Assembly: GCA_903868295.1 (NCBI GenBank)
Contig: CAIPUQ010000290.1
Coordinates: 1 to 41,593, forward strand
Length of the DNA stretch: 41,593 nt
DNA from: an uncultured Roseiflexaceae bacterium
Lineage (GTDB): Bacteria > Chloroflexota > Chloroflexia > Chloroflexales > Roseiflexaceae
Direction: 5' to 3'
Of this stretch, positions 29,039 through 38,265 are shown in pieces. The translations under genes were made by a program, and so were the position numbers. A model generated the notes under the pieces. The model made no database searches. It saw nothing but the letters and a program-made list of their open reading frames with translations, and was not told where the DNA came from. Each line of letters starts with the position of its first letter. Within the stretch, counting starts at the first letter, position 1.

Positions 29039-30283
29039 ATGAACACATTTTTTACCCGCGAACGCGTCATCGGCATCATCGGTATCCTGACCGCAATCGC
29101 ACTCGTGTTTTTGGTCCAACAATCGGTACCCGCTGGGGCAACCTCGACGCTGCGCATCCCGTACGCACTCGGTGCGCCGGGTGATGCACCCCTCATCGAC
29201 ATCGTGCTCCCTACGGCGATTAGCATTTGGGTGATGGCCACTGCGCTTGTGGTGGCTGCACTTGCGATGATGGTCCGCCAACGCATCGACCTTGCCCCGA
29301 CATACATGGGTGCAGTTATCGGCGTGACGATTTTGAGCATTCTGTTGACAGCGATTGTCAATGATCGCACCGACATTGTCGATATGTTGGGTCGCATGAT
29401 TCGCTTGGCCACCCCCATCGCCTTGGGTGCATTGGCCGGGATTCTGTGTGAACGCTCTGGGGTGGTCAATATCGCCATCGAAGGCACAATGCTGTTTTCG
29501 GCGTGCGTTGCCTACATTGTTTCGTTACTCACGGGCAGCGCTGTCATCGGGTTGCTGGCAGCAATGATCGCCGGCAGCGGCATTGTGATGATTCATGCGG
29601 TCCTTTCGCTCCATTACAAGACCGACCAGATTATCTCGGGAACGGTCATCAATATTCTGGCCGTCGGCGTCACCGGTTACCTGCGGACCAGTGTCATCTT
29701 GCCGCTCCAAACCACGGTGTATGCAGGGGCTGCACTGCCACAAATCGATATCCCGTTGTTGTCACAAATCCCCGTGTTGGGTCCGATGTTCTTTCAACAC
29801 CGCCCGATAACGTACCTGATGCTCATTCTGGTCCCAGTGACGAGTTATATGTTGTTTCGCACAGCCTGGGGCTTACGCACCCGTGCCATTGGAGAACACC
29901 CCCGTGCGGCAGACACCATGGGTGTCAATGTCAATCGCATGCGCTACATGAATGTCTGGATCTCGGGATTCTTAGCGGGGATAGCGGGGGCTTGGTTTTC
30001 GATTGAGGCGAGTTACAACTTCGATGATGTGATGACCAATGGTCGCGGGTTCATCGCCTTGGCAGCCATGATATTTGGCAATTGGACACCGTTTGGAGCA
30101 CTCGCGGGCGCGTTACTCTTCAGTGCCGCCGACGCATTACAAATCAAAATCCAAGGGTTTGATTTTGCACTGCCATCACAATTTGTACAAATGTTGCCGT
30201 ATGTCATCACCGTGGTTGTCCTCGCCGGGGTGATCGGCCGTGCACGTCCTCCTGCGGCATCAGGCAAAACCTACGAACCCTAA
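29039..30283 (+). CDS. ABC transporter permease (BMP/nucleoside-type, YufQ/NupQ-like) with ~100-aa N-terminal extension
   Basis: GGAG lies 8 nt upstream of ATG 29039. Motifs ERSGVVNIAIEG and GRGFIALAAMIFGNW are typical of this permease family. The protein is polytopic. Confidence 0.9.
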   Translation: MNTFFTRERVIGIIGILTAIALVFLVQQSVPAGATSTLRIPYALGAPGDAPLIDIVLPTAISIWVMATALVVAALAMMVRQRIDLAPTYMGAVIGVTILSILLTAIVNDRTDIVDMLGRMIRLATPIALGALAGILCERSGVVNIAIEGTMLFSACVAYIVSLLTGSAVIGLLAAMIAGSGIVMIHAVLSLHYKTDQIISGTVINILAVGVTGYLRTSVILPLQTTVYAGAALPQIDIPLLSQIPVLGPMFFQHRPITYLMLILVPVTSYMLFRTAWGLRTRAIGEHPRAADTMGVNVNRMRYMNVWISGFLAGIAGAWFSIEASYNFDDVMTNGRGFIALAAMIFGNWTPFGALAGALLFSAADALQIKIQGFDFALPSQFVQMLPYVITVVVLAGVIGRARPPAASGKTYEP

Positions 30284-30299
30284 ACCGATTGAGACGATG

Positions 30300-30333
30300 A
30301 CACGCACGGGGCAACCTGTGCGTGTTTTTTGTT
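30300..30333 (+). terminator. Rho-independent terminator after the ABC operon
   Basis: ACACGCAC (30300-30307) / GTGCGTGT (30318-30325), an 8-bp stem with a 10-nt loop, followed by TTTTTGTT. Confidence 0.6.
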
Positions 30334-30410
30334 GCAAGCAGTCGCTAGAATAATGAATTTCTCATGAATTCCTGATAGTATGAGAAGAATTGTTTTGGAG
30401 AGGTCGCGTG

Positions 30411-31703
30411 ATGAGTAGTGAACTCATTCTAATCATGGTGTTGTTGCTTGCCAACGGCGTTTTTTCGGGCACCGAACTGGCAATGGTATCGGCACGCAGG
30501 GGGCGGCTCCAACAGAAAGCTGACGACGGCGTTTCGGGGGCTGAAGTCGCACTTGCCCTTCAAGACGACCCAAATAGACTTCTGTCGACAGTCCAAATTG
30601 GCATTACCCTCATAAGCACCCTGACCGGCGTGTACGGTGGCGCGAGTATTGCAGACAAAATCACACCCCTGCTCGAACCGGTCCCGTACATCGGACCATA
30701 TGCCGGCGTGGTCGCACTGACCGGTGTGGTCATTTTGTTAACATTCTTCTCGCTTGTGATCTCTGAGCTTGTTCCCAAACGACTCGCGATGATGCATGCC
30801 GAATCCATCGCCATCCGCATGGCAGCCCCGATGAACATCGTCGCGGCGATTTCGCGGCCACTGGTGTGGTTATTGACTGCCTCGACAGAACTCCTCCTAC
30901 GCCTCTTTGGCCAGAACGCCAATAACAGCGCCGCCGTCACCGAAGAAGACATCCGCCAGCTGGTGCGCGAAGGTGCCGAAGGGGGTGCGCTCGACGCGCA
31001 TGAGCGAGAAATCTTTGAAAACGTCTTCAGCCTCGGTGATATGACGGTCCGTCAGGTCATGACTCCCCGGACCGATGTCTATAGTCTCGATGCCGACGCA
31101 TCCATCGAATCAGTCGTCGATGATTTGCTCGAAAGCGGATTTTCTCGCGCGCCCGTCTACGAAAAAGACCTCGACCATGTTGTCGGTGTCGTCCACGCAC
31201 GAGACATCTTGCGCCTGGTGCGGAGCAATGAGACGCGCAATCTCGTGCGTTCTGCTATGCGTCCCCCGTTGTTTGTCCCCGAACAGAGCCGAGCAGGCGA
31301 TACCCTCGCGTTATTCAAAAAGACCCAACAACATCTCGCGGTGGTGGTGGGTGAACTCGGTACCGTCGAAGGTATAATCACCCTCGAAGACGTGCTCGAA
31401 GAAATCGTGGGTGACATCGCCGACGAGCATGATGATGCTGAATCCCCACACATCGTTCGGCGCGAAGACGGCACCTTTCTCATTGACGGCACTACTCCTA
31501 TCGATGATGTCGTGGCACGTACCGAGTTGGTTGTTCACAGCAACGAAAACGCTCAATTCGACACCATTGCAGGCTACATTCTCAGCCTCCTTGGCCACAT
31601 CCCTACTGCAGGCGAGCACGTTGTTGCACACGGGTGGAAGCTCGAAGTCATCGACATGGATGGACTGCGCATCGACAAAGTGTTGCTCAGCGCAGTTTCA
31701 TAA
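30411..31703 (+). CDS. CNNM/CorC ('hemolysin family') membrane protein: DUF21 TM domain + CBS pair + CorC_HlyC C-domain
   Basis: N-terminus ELILIMVLLLANGVFSGTELAMVSARR is a DUF21 hallmark. CBS pair: VMTPRTDVYSLD...VVGVVHARDIL...LAVVVGELGTVEGIITLEDVLEEIVGDI. C-terminus: FLIDGTTPIDD...GWKLEVIDMDGLRIDKVLL. Start is at ATG 30411 behind GGAGAGG, and the track's TTG 30390 is less likely. Confidence 0.9.
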   Translation: MSSELILIMVLLLANGVFSGTELAMVSARRGRLQQKADDGVSGAEVALALQDDPNRLLSTVQIGITLISTLTGVYGGASIADKITPLLEPVPYIGPYAGVVALTGVVILLTFFSLVISELVPKRLAMMHAESIAIRMAAPMNIVAAISRPLVWLLTASTELLLRLFGQNANNSAAVTEEDIRQLVREGAEGGALDAHEREIFENVFSLGDMTVRQVMTPRTDVYSLDADASIESVVDDLLESGFSRAPVYEKDLDHVVGVVHARDILRLVRSNETRNLVRSAMRPPLFVPEQSRAGDTLALFKKTQQHLAVVVGELGTVEGIITLEDVLEEIVGDIADEHDDAESPHIVRREDGTFLIDGTTPIDDVVARTELVVHSNENAQFDTIAGYILSLLGHIPTAGEHVVAHGWKLEVIDMDGLRIDKVLLSAVS

Positions 31704-31770
31704 ATCTTTTCGCCCCGGCAAGGCGTATCCTTTATAGTTGCGTTTTTTAGCTAGAACTAAGGTGAGATAT

Positions 31771-33147
31771 ATGCGGGTCATCATCGCAGGTGCAGGTCCA
31801 GCCGGGTTCGCAAGTGCACATTGGCTTTCGAAAATGGGCCATCAGGTCACATTGCTCGAGAAACGTTTCGTGCCTGGCGGCAAGGTATCTGCATGGCAAG
31901 ACCCCGATGGCGATTGGGTCGAGAGTGGCCTGCATGTGTTCTTTGGTGCGTATCACAATCTGCTCGGCTTCCTCGGCGAAGTCGGTCTCGAAGACAGCTT
32001 CGACTGGAAGCCCGCCGAGATGACGTTTGCGCAACCCGGCGGCGGTTATGCGTCCATCGAATTTGTCCAAGGATTGCCGGCCCCGCTGAATGGTCTGTTT
32101 GGTGTTGCCAAAAGCAAACTCATGACGTTTTCTGAAAAACTCGCCATGGGCCGCGGCTTGATGAAGCCCATTTTCGGATCACAAGCATACATCGACGCAC
32201 AGGCAGACATCACCTATCGCGATTGGCATCTCGCAAACGGCATGGGTCAAAGCACCATCGACAAAGTTATGGATGCTATGGCACTGGCGTTGAACTTCCA
32301 GAAAGCTGATCAGGTATCGGCAAAACTGGTGCTGACTGCACTGTTGCATTTCGCCAAAGAAACAGACGCTCCCAAAATGGGACTGGTCAAAGGGTCCCCG
32401 CACGAACGACTCTGGGTGCCGTTGATGCAACAACTGCGTGACCGTGGCGTCGACATTCGCTTCGATGCCAAAGTCGATACCATCCTGCACGATAGTGCCA
32501 GTAACCACGTGACGGGCATCCAATTGGCCGATGGGCAGATACTGACTGCAGATGCATATATATCGGCAATGCCGGTGCACAGCTTGCGCAAAGTGATGAG
32601 CGACAGCATGCGTGAGCATCCGGTCCTTGACAATCTCAAGCATTTGCGTGGGATTCCAGTGATTACCGTACAACTGTACTATGACCGAGTCGTGACCAAC
32701 ATTGATAACCTCATTTTCAGCGCTGGGACGCACATCAGCGTGTATGCAGACCTGGCTACCGTATCGCCTGATTATCACAAGGGCGCAGGATCGATTATCG
32801 AATTAGTCGTCGCACCTGCCGAAAAACTATTCCCCATGAGCGACGAAGAAATCCTGGCGTTGGTGATCAATGAGTTCACCGGCTTGCACCCCGAAGCAAT
32901 CGGCGCGACGTTAATCAAATCGCACGTTGTACGCATCCCCAATTCGGTCTACGCTGCTCGCCCTGGTGTCGAACGCTATCGACCCGATCAGGCAACACCT
33001 ATTCCGAATTTCTTTTTGACGGGTGATTACACCCAGCAAGAATTCATGGCATCAATCGAAGGGTCCATCAGGAGTGCGCGGCGAGTGGTTGATCGCGTCG
33101 TTGCGGCCGAACAGGCTGGTACCATCACCGCTCCTGTACTTTTGTAA
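31771..33147 (+). CDS. Plant/cyanobacterial-type carotene desaturase (Pds/CrtP - Zds/CrtQ family, FAD amine-oxidase fold)
   Basis: MRVIIAGAGPAGFA...LEKRFVPGGKVSAWQDPDGDWVESGLHVFFGAYHNLLGFL...LPAPLNG...ALNF...SAKLVLTAL...KGSPHERL closely parallels my recollection of cyanobacterial Pds ([29 protein letters not shown]...). Start is at ATG 31771 behind AAGGTGAG, and the track's TTG 31738 is less likely. Confidence 0.82.
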   Translation: MRVIIAGAGPAGFASAHWLSKMGHQVTLLEKRFVPGGKVSAWQDPDGDWVESGLHVFFGAYHNLLGFLGEVGLEDSFDWKPAEMTFAQPGGGYASIEFVQGLPAPLNGLFGVAKSKLMTFSEKLAMGRGLMKPIFGSQAYIDAQADITYRDWHLANGMGQSTIDKVMDAMALALNFQKADQVSAKLVLTALLHFAKETDAPKMGLVKGSPHERLWVPLMQQLRDRGVDIRFDAKVDTILHDSASNHVTGIQLADGQILTADAYISAMPVHSLRKVMSDSMREHPVLDNLKHLRGIPVITVQLYYDRVVTNIDNLIFSAGTHISVYADLATVSPDYHKGAGSIIELVVAPAEKLFPMSDEEILALVINEFTGLHPEAIGATLIKSHVVRIPNSVYAARPGVERYRPDQATPIPNFFLTGDYTQQEFMASIEGSIRSARRVVDRVVAAEQAGTITAPVLL

Positions 33148-33167
33148 TTGTCCGAGAGAGGATCTCC

Positions 33168-36143
33168 ATGACCCTTCCTGAACGCATCATCCACGGAAGA
33201 TACCGTGTGATTTACACGGTCGACGACACTGCAGGGGTAGTTGTCTCGTGTTGCCGAGACGAACAAACTGCTGCCCTGGTCTATGTCGCAGAATGGTCTT
33301 CCCTCAGTCCGGCAGAACAAGACGCGCTGACTGCTGCAGCCAATGCATTACAGGGTCGCATCATCCCCGGTTTGTGCGCCCTGACTGACACCTACAGCGA
33401 CGAAAACGGGTTTGCCGCAGTTGCTCTGGCACCGAACGCGCACACCCTCAGCCAAACCCTGCGTATGCGGAACGGCCCGATGAGTGAGGCCGAAGTCATT
33501 GGTCAAATCACTGGGCTCCTGACAGTCTTGACGTCACTGCATGCAATGCCTACGCCGGCATTTATGCGTGTACCCACATTGGCAGACATTTTGGTATCAG
33601 ACGACGGCAGCTGGCTGGTATTGCCGTTTGTGACCATGCGCACCCTCGCACGCAATGCATCGCCGTATCGTGCACCTGAACTGGCTGGCACCGCAGATGC
33701 AACGCCTGCGACCGACGTGTATGCCGTCTGTGCAATTGCATACCATGCATCAACGGGGGTCGCACCACTGACCAGCGAACAACTCGCACTCGGTGTGCGC
33801 TACGTATCGCCGCGGTCTATTGTTCCTACCATCAGTGACATGTGGGAAGCTGTATTGACACGTGGCATGCAAGATAAGCCAGCAAACCGCTATCAGCACG
33901 CCTCAGAAATGCTGGCAGCACTGCAAACCATGGCCATTCTCGGGGCAAGTGCCCCTTCGATCGAGCAATCACTCCCTGCTAGTTTTGGTACGCCCAATGG
34001 CGAACAAAGCTCCTCTGCAAACATGATCCCTGGTAATGTCCCGATACCTACCAGCGTCACAACTCCTCCCACATCGACACCTAGTCTGCGACTCGGCTGT
34101 GTCGTCGCGTTGGCAGCAACGCTGACGGTCGTTGCCATTATGCTGTGCGTCGTGTTGCTCTTGGTACTGCCAGGGAGCCCACTCCGTTCGTTGTATGACG
34201 GGGAATTGTTTCGTTCTTTTAATTCCGCTGCTACGAGTCCAACGGCCCTGCCCAGCGTCAGCAAGGCTATCGTAGCGGCGACTCCGACGCCACAACAATC
34301 CATCCAAGCGAGCAACCAACCCATTACTGCTGCAAATGCAGCGCGTTTGGCTGCAACTGGAGTGATTACCAATACCACCTTTGGCCCAGTAGCATGGGCA
34401 CCAGATGGTGAGCTCTTGGCAGTCGCCACCGGCAATACTGTTTCACTCCACGAGGCTACCCAACTGACTGTCATGCAACGATTTGACGGGCATGTAGGTG
34501 ACATCACGACCCTGAGTTGGTCGCCGGACAGTCGATTTCTGGCAAGTGGGGCGAGCAATGATTCGATAATCCATGTCTATGACACCAAACAGGGCGCCGA
34601 GGTGTATACCCTTCGTGGCCACGAAGGGTGGATCCGCAATGTGGTGTTTAGTCCTGACGGCAAATTATTGGCTTCGGGTAGCACCGACCTCAGCATTCGC
34701 ATTTGGGATCTCACCACAAAGCGCACCATCCAAACACTCACCGGCCACACCGACCTGATAGGTGGTTTGGTGTGGTCAGCGAATGGTACTGAATTAGCGA
34801 GCGCTGCGCGAGACGGCACGGTACGACGTTGGGATTTGACATCAGGCCAACAAATCCAAGACTTTTCGTACCAGACTGCCACCAATAGTGCCACTCCCGA
34901 TGGCTCACGGTTTTGGGCAACAGCACTGCTGTGGACCAAAGACGACACACAACTCATCGTAGGTGCCACCGACGGCAGCGTACGGATCCTCGATGCACAG
35001 TCCGGCAGCATCATCCGCACACTGACGGCCCACACCGGCTGGATTACCATACGCGGCCTTGCACTCAACAGTGATCAGACAATCCTCTACAGTTCTGGGC
35101 TCGATGGGTTGTTGACGGTGTGGGATATGCGCACCGGCACCCAAACAGCACAGTATAACGAACACGCGTTGGGTATCTTTGGGATCTCGCTCGAGCCAAA
35201 TGGCAATCGTCTCGTCAGCGCGAGCGACCAAGAAGGCAAGTTGCTGGTCTGGGATATGACCACCCAAAAAATCACCACCCTCCGTGTCGGAACCGGCATT
35301 CCTCTCGCGCTGACCTATGCACCCAAAGCAGACAATCAGACGGGTGCAGAAGTCCTTGCCATCTCTGGGTTCAATGGATTGGTACGACTGCACACGACAA
35401 ACAAGAACCAAAGCACATTCTTGTCTGGTACGATGTCGGGTGCCCAGTCGTTTGCGTTCATGGGCAGTGACCAATTTGCGTTGATTGATGGTGCAAATGG
35501 AGTGAATCTCTATACCCCGCAATCGACGACGCCACAACCGCTCGGCGGGATTACCGGTGTGCCGTTGTCGGTCGCATGCAGCCCCGATGGCACGTATTTG
35601 GTGGTCGGTGGCGTAGACGGGGTGCAACTCTGGCGCACCGACAGTTTCGGAACGCCCGCAACCCTACAGACCACGCTCCAGACCATTACGAACATTCAGT
35701 TCAGCTCCGACGGAACCAAAATGGCACTGCGTGGCGGCGGCGAGAACCCCGGCTACGAAATCTGGGATTTGTCTGCACGGAGTCTGCTCTATCGTGCCAA
35801 CGAAGCGGTCTATCGAGTTGAGTTTTTGGCAAGTGGGACGACAATTGCCGTTCTGACCAATGCAAACACAGTCGAGGTGCGGACGCTGAACACTGCAGCA
35901 GCAGTCAAAACACTCACCGCCCCTCCGTCTGAAGGCTTCATGCAGATGTCGACGTTACCTAATACTGATGTCATCGTCGCAGCCGATTTTAACGGCGACG
36001 TCCACCTCTATGACACCGATGGGACAATCTTGGTGACGCTCCCGCAAGACGATGGCATTACCGTCCTTGCATCTAATCCAGCCGGCACCGAACTCTCGGT
36101 CGGCCACCGCGATGGCACCATCACCCGGTACGCAATACCCTAA
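33168..36143 (+). CDS. Hanks-type pseudokinase - single TM - 14x WD40 (double beta-propeller) protein
   Basis: The N-terminal ~255 aa has a protein-kinase C-lobe framework (YRAPE, DVYAVCAIAYHASTG, ...PANRYQHASEM) but lacks catalytic residues. TM segment LGCVVALAATLTVVAIMLCVVLLLVL lies at 34092..34169. C-terminal WD40 repeats include LASGSTDLSIRIWDL and ASAARDGTVRRWDL. Confidence 0.88.
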   Translation: MTLPERIIHGRYRVIYTVDDTAGVVVSCCRDEQTAALVYVAEWSSLSPAEQDALTAAANALQGRIIPGLCALTDTYSDENGFAAVALAPNAHTLSQTLRMRNGPMSEAEVIGQITGLLTVLTSLHAMPTPAFMRVPTLADILVSDDGSWLVLPFVTMRTLARNASPYRAPELAGTADATPATDVYAVCAIAYHASTGVAPLTSEQLALGVRYVSPRSIVPTISDMWEAVLTRGMQDKPANRYQHASEMLAALQTMAILGASAPSIEQSLPASFGTPNGEQSSSANMIPGNVPIPTSVTTPPTSTPSLRLGCVVALAATLTVVAIMLCVVLLLVLPGSPLRSLYDGELFRSFNSAATSPTALPSVSKAIVAATPTPQQSIQASNQPITAANAARLAATGVITNTTFGPVAWAPDGELLAVATGNTVSLHEATQLTVMQRFDGHVGDITTLSWSPDSRFLASGASNDSIIHVYDTKQGAEVYTLRGHEGWIRNVVFSPDGKLLASGSTDLSIRIWDLTTKRTIQTLTGHTDLIGGLVWSANGTELASAARDGTVRRWDLTSGQQIQDFSYQTATNSATPDGSRFWATALLWTKDDTQLIVGATDGSVRILDAQSGSIIRTLTAHTGWITIRGLALNSDQTILYSSGLDGLLTVWDMRTGTQTAQYNEHALGIFGISLEPNGNRLVSASDQEGKLLVWDMTTQKITTLRVGTGIPLALTYAPKADNQTGAEVLAISGFNGLVRLHTTNKNQSTFLSGTMSGAQSFAFMGSDQFALIDGANGVNLYTPQSTTPQPLGGITGVPLSVACSPDGTYLVVGGVDGVQLWRTDSFGTPATLQTTLQTITNIQFSSDGTKMALRGGGENPGYEIWDLSARSLLYRANEAVYRVEFLASGTTIAVLTNANTVEVRTLNTAAAVKTLTAPPSEGFMQMSTLPNTDVIVAADFNGDVHLYDTDGTILVTLPQDDGITVLASNPAGTELSVGHRDGTITRYAIP
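33189..33932 (+). other. Degenerate (pseudo)kinase domain
   Basis: Gly-loop position reads DDTAGVVV. VAIK position reads VYVAEW (33279..33296, no Lys). HRDLKPxN position reads FMRVPTLADILV and DFG reads LPF (33561..33629). APE is retained (33672..33680). Confidence 0.75.
34360..36140 (+). other. WD40 repeat region, ~14 repeats (two 7-bladed propellers)
   Basis: I count 14 units of roughly 40 aa with the h-h-F/W-S-P-D-G...LAS/VGG..DG.h.hWD pattern, e.g. ITTLSWSPDSRFLASGASNDSIIHVYD, IRNVVFSPDGKLLASGSTDLSIRIWD and ITVLASNPAGTELSVGHRDGTITRY. Confidence 0.85.
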
Positions 36144-36186
36144 CGCACCACACACTCGAGATTGCTGATACAGACAAGAGGCAAAA

Positions 36187-37689
36187 ATGGCGAAGCAAAC
36201 CGTTCTCATCATTGGCGCAGGACCTGGTGGCCTTGCCACTGCGATGCGTCTTGCGAAGACAGGCTATGATGTCCACATATACGAAGCCGAAGCAGTACCT
36301 GGCGGGCGTATGCGCGGGTTTTCGAAGGACGGCTATCACTTCGATACCGGTCCATCGATCCTGCAGGTCCCCCGTGTCTACGAAGAGCTCTTTTCGTTCT
36401 GCGGGCTTCGCTTCGACGATTATGTCACCTTGCTACGTGTCGATCCCAACACCCGATTGAAGTTTTGGGATAAGTCCATCATCGACCTCACCTCTGATCT
36501 CGATGCATTCAAGACGCAGTTGGCAGCACGGCGAGCGGATTTGCCGCAACGATTCGACGCCTGGTACACCGAGCACATCCGCAAAAACGACGCTGGCTAC
36601 GCTCCATACTTGGGCACGCCGGTCCGTTCCATTTTGGGGTACCTCAATCCGCGTGAAATTATCACCGCATTGACCTTTCGACCTTGGGAGTCACTCTACG
36701 ACCACTATTTCAACTACTTCCAAGACGAGCAACTCTGCTATGCAATGGCGTATCCTTCCAAGTACTTGGGGATGCATCCCAAAAAATCTGCGAGCGTCTT
36801 CAGCCTTGTCTCGTGGCTCGAATTCAACGATGGCATCTGGCATCCCAAAGGTGGATTCACCGCACTTTCACGCGGCTTGGCAAAAGCAGCGACTGACCTA
36901 GGCGTGACCATTCACTACAATACGCCAGTCGCACGTGTGCTCACCTCTCAAAACCGTGTCCGTGGCATCCGTTTGGAGAATGGCACCGAAGTGTCCGCAG
37001 AGATTGTGGTTACCAATGCTGACTTTGGCTACGCACTCAACCACATATTGACGCCCGAACAACGTGGTCCATACACCAACAGAAAACTCGACTCCATGCG
37101 TTTTTCGTGCTCGACATTTATGCTGTACTTGGGTGTCAACAAAACCTACCCCGACGCCCCGCATCACCAGCTCTACTTGTCCGAACATATCCGGAGCACC
37201 GAACCACCATACGTCGATGACTCAGCACTCGACACAACGGATCCGTCGTTTTATGTCTGTAACCCGACGATGCTCGACCCAGGCAATGCCCCTGACGGAC
37301 ATAGCACCATTTTTGTGCTGGTACCAATTCCCAATACCAGTCATGGTGTTGATTGGAATGAACACAAACAAGGATATCGCGACTACATCATCTCGCGGTT
37401 ACACGAACTCGGGTACGGAGATATATCTGACCACATTGTCAGCGAGACCTGTTATGTCGCCGATACCTGGCAGAACGAGTTCCGCACCCATATTGGAGCG
37501 GTGTTCAATCTAGGGCATGACTGGGGACAACTCGGGCCGTTGCGTCCGCATATCCGCGCAGATTGGCTGCCGGGGCTCTATTTCGTCGGTGGCGCGGTCC
37601 ACCCAGGGAGTGGCCTGCTGACCATCCTCGAATCTGCCAAAAGCTCTGTCCATTTCATCAGCCAAGACCATGCGGTAACCACTGCATAA
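36187..37689 (+). CDS. crtI: CrtI-family carotenoid (phytoene-type) desaturase; family-level call, could be CrtI, CrtD or CrtN-like
   Basis: VLIIGAGPGGLATAMRLAKTGYDVHIYEAEAVPGGRM...GYHFDTGPSIL...GIWHPKGGFTAL...VVTNAD...STFMLYLGV...PDGHSTIFVLVPIP...GAVFNL...LYFVGGAVHPGSGLLTILESAK is collinear with bacterial CrtI. SD AGAGG is upstream. Confidence 0.85.
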   Translation: MAKQTVLIIGAGPGGLATAMRLAKTGYDVHIYEAEAVPGGRMRGFSKDGYHFDTGPSILQVPRVYEELFSFCGLRFDDYVTLLRVDPNTRLKFWDKSIIDLTSDLDAFKTQLAARRADLPQRFDAWYTEHIRKNDAGYAPYLGTPVRSILGYLNPREIITALTFRPWESLYDHYFNYFQDEQLCYAMAYPSKYLGMHPKKSASVFSLVSWLEFNDGIWHPKGGFTALSRGLAKAATDLGVTIHYNTPVARVLTSQNRVRGIRLENGTEVSAEIVVTNADFGYALNHILTPEQRGPYTNRKLDSMRFSCSTFMLYLGVNKTYPDAPHHQLYLSEHIRSTEPPYVDDSALDTTDPSFYVCNPTMLDPGNAPDGHSTIFVLVPIPNTSHGVDWNEHKQGYRDYIISRLHELGYGDISDHIVSETCYVADTWQNEFRTHIGAVFNLGHDWGQLGPLRPHIRADWLPGLYFVGGAVHPGSGLLTILESAKSSVHFISQDHAVTTA

Positions 37690-37751
37690 TGCGTGCCTGA
37701 GTCCACACTCATCCCGTTTCAATACGACTGTCCAATCGAAAAGGAACCATC

Positions 37752-38255
37752 ATGTTGTCCACGCGAACCATAGTTATTGCTCTTGTTCTTGTTGCGAGTA
37801 CGCTCAGTGCGTGCGGCAACCGGCAATCCGACAGTGCAATTACGCAACTCGAAATCAATCAACCGACCCCTTCGCGACCAGCAGCACCACCCGAACAAGG
37901 TGCGTTGGTGATGCTCGATGACGCCGTCCCGGTTGGTATCAACGATGCCTGTCATGCGACGTACTACACCAAGCGCTCACCCGAAGAAGCAATCATCGCG
38001 GTGAACGGCCTCTTCAAGACCAAGGGTTTCCGGGTGAATCCGAATTCGCGCCAGACACAATCGATGTCGAACTTGACCAACGAAGCATGGGTTACCTCAC
38101 GCACCGGGCGCGATGTAACGTTCATCAATGCGGTCTATCCGATTGGGTACGAATTCAACCAAGAGTGGGATCCCATGCAAGGAATCGCCACGGACACCGT
38201 CGTCCAAATTGTGTATAAGCAGTATCTCGACGACAGTGGGAACTGCAACTACTAA
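37752..38255 (+). CDS. Small lipoprotein of unknown function (167 aa)
   Basis: MLSTRTIVIALVLVASTLSAC/GNRQ carries an L-S-A-C lipobox. SD AAGGAA is upstream. It is the last gene before the terminator. No family recognised. Confidence 0.7.
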   Translation: MLSTRTIVIALVLVASTLSACGNRQSDSAITQLEINQPTPSRPAAPPEQGALVMLDDAVPVGINDACHATYYTKRSPEEAIIAVNGLFKTKGFRVNPNSRQTQSMSNLTNEAWVTSRTGRDVTFINAVYPIGYEFNQEWDPMQGIATDTVVQIVYKQYLDDSGNCNY

Positions 38256-38265
38256 CTGCAAAAGT

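Noticed and set aside
26404-30283. The adjacent ABC transporter as a type-I-like exporter for the giant proteins.
   Set aside because: The architecture is that of an importer: a fused double-NBD ATPase with a degenerate second Walker A, plus two BMP/CUT2-type permeases. There is no membrane-fusion or outer-channel gene, and a strong terminator (26303..26348) separates it from ORF B. ORF B also has a Sec signal.
30390-30410. TTG start for the CNNM/CorC gene, and TTG 31738 for the Pds-type gene, as given by the ORF track.
   Set aside because: In-frame ATGs (30411 and 31771) are preceded by good SDs (GGAGAGG and AAGGTGAG). They coincide with the start of the conserved domain (the DUF21 N-terminus and the MRVIIAGAG dinucleotide-binding fold).
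30334-30410. Possible promoter, operator or riboswitch in the leader of the CNNM gene (inverted repeat TTCTCAT...ATGAGAA).
   Set aside because: There is only a 7-bp stem with a long loop. There is no convincing -35/-10 spacing and no recognisable riboswitch core. It is too weak to report as a feature.
33189-33932. Annotation as an active Ser/Thr protein kinase.
   Set aside because: The catalytic Lys (VAIK), the HRD Asp, the catalytic-loop Asn and the DFG Asp are all substituted in my alignment, so it was called a pseudokinase instead, pending HMM alignment.
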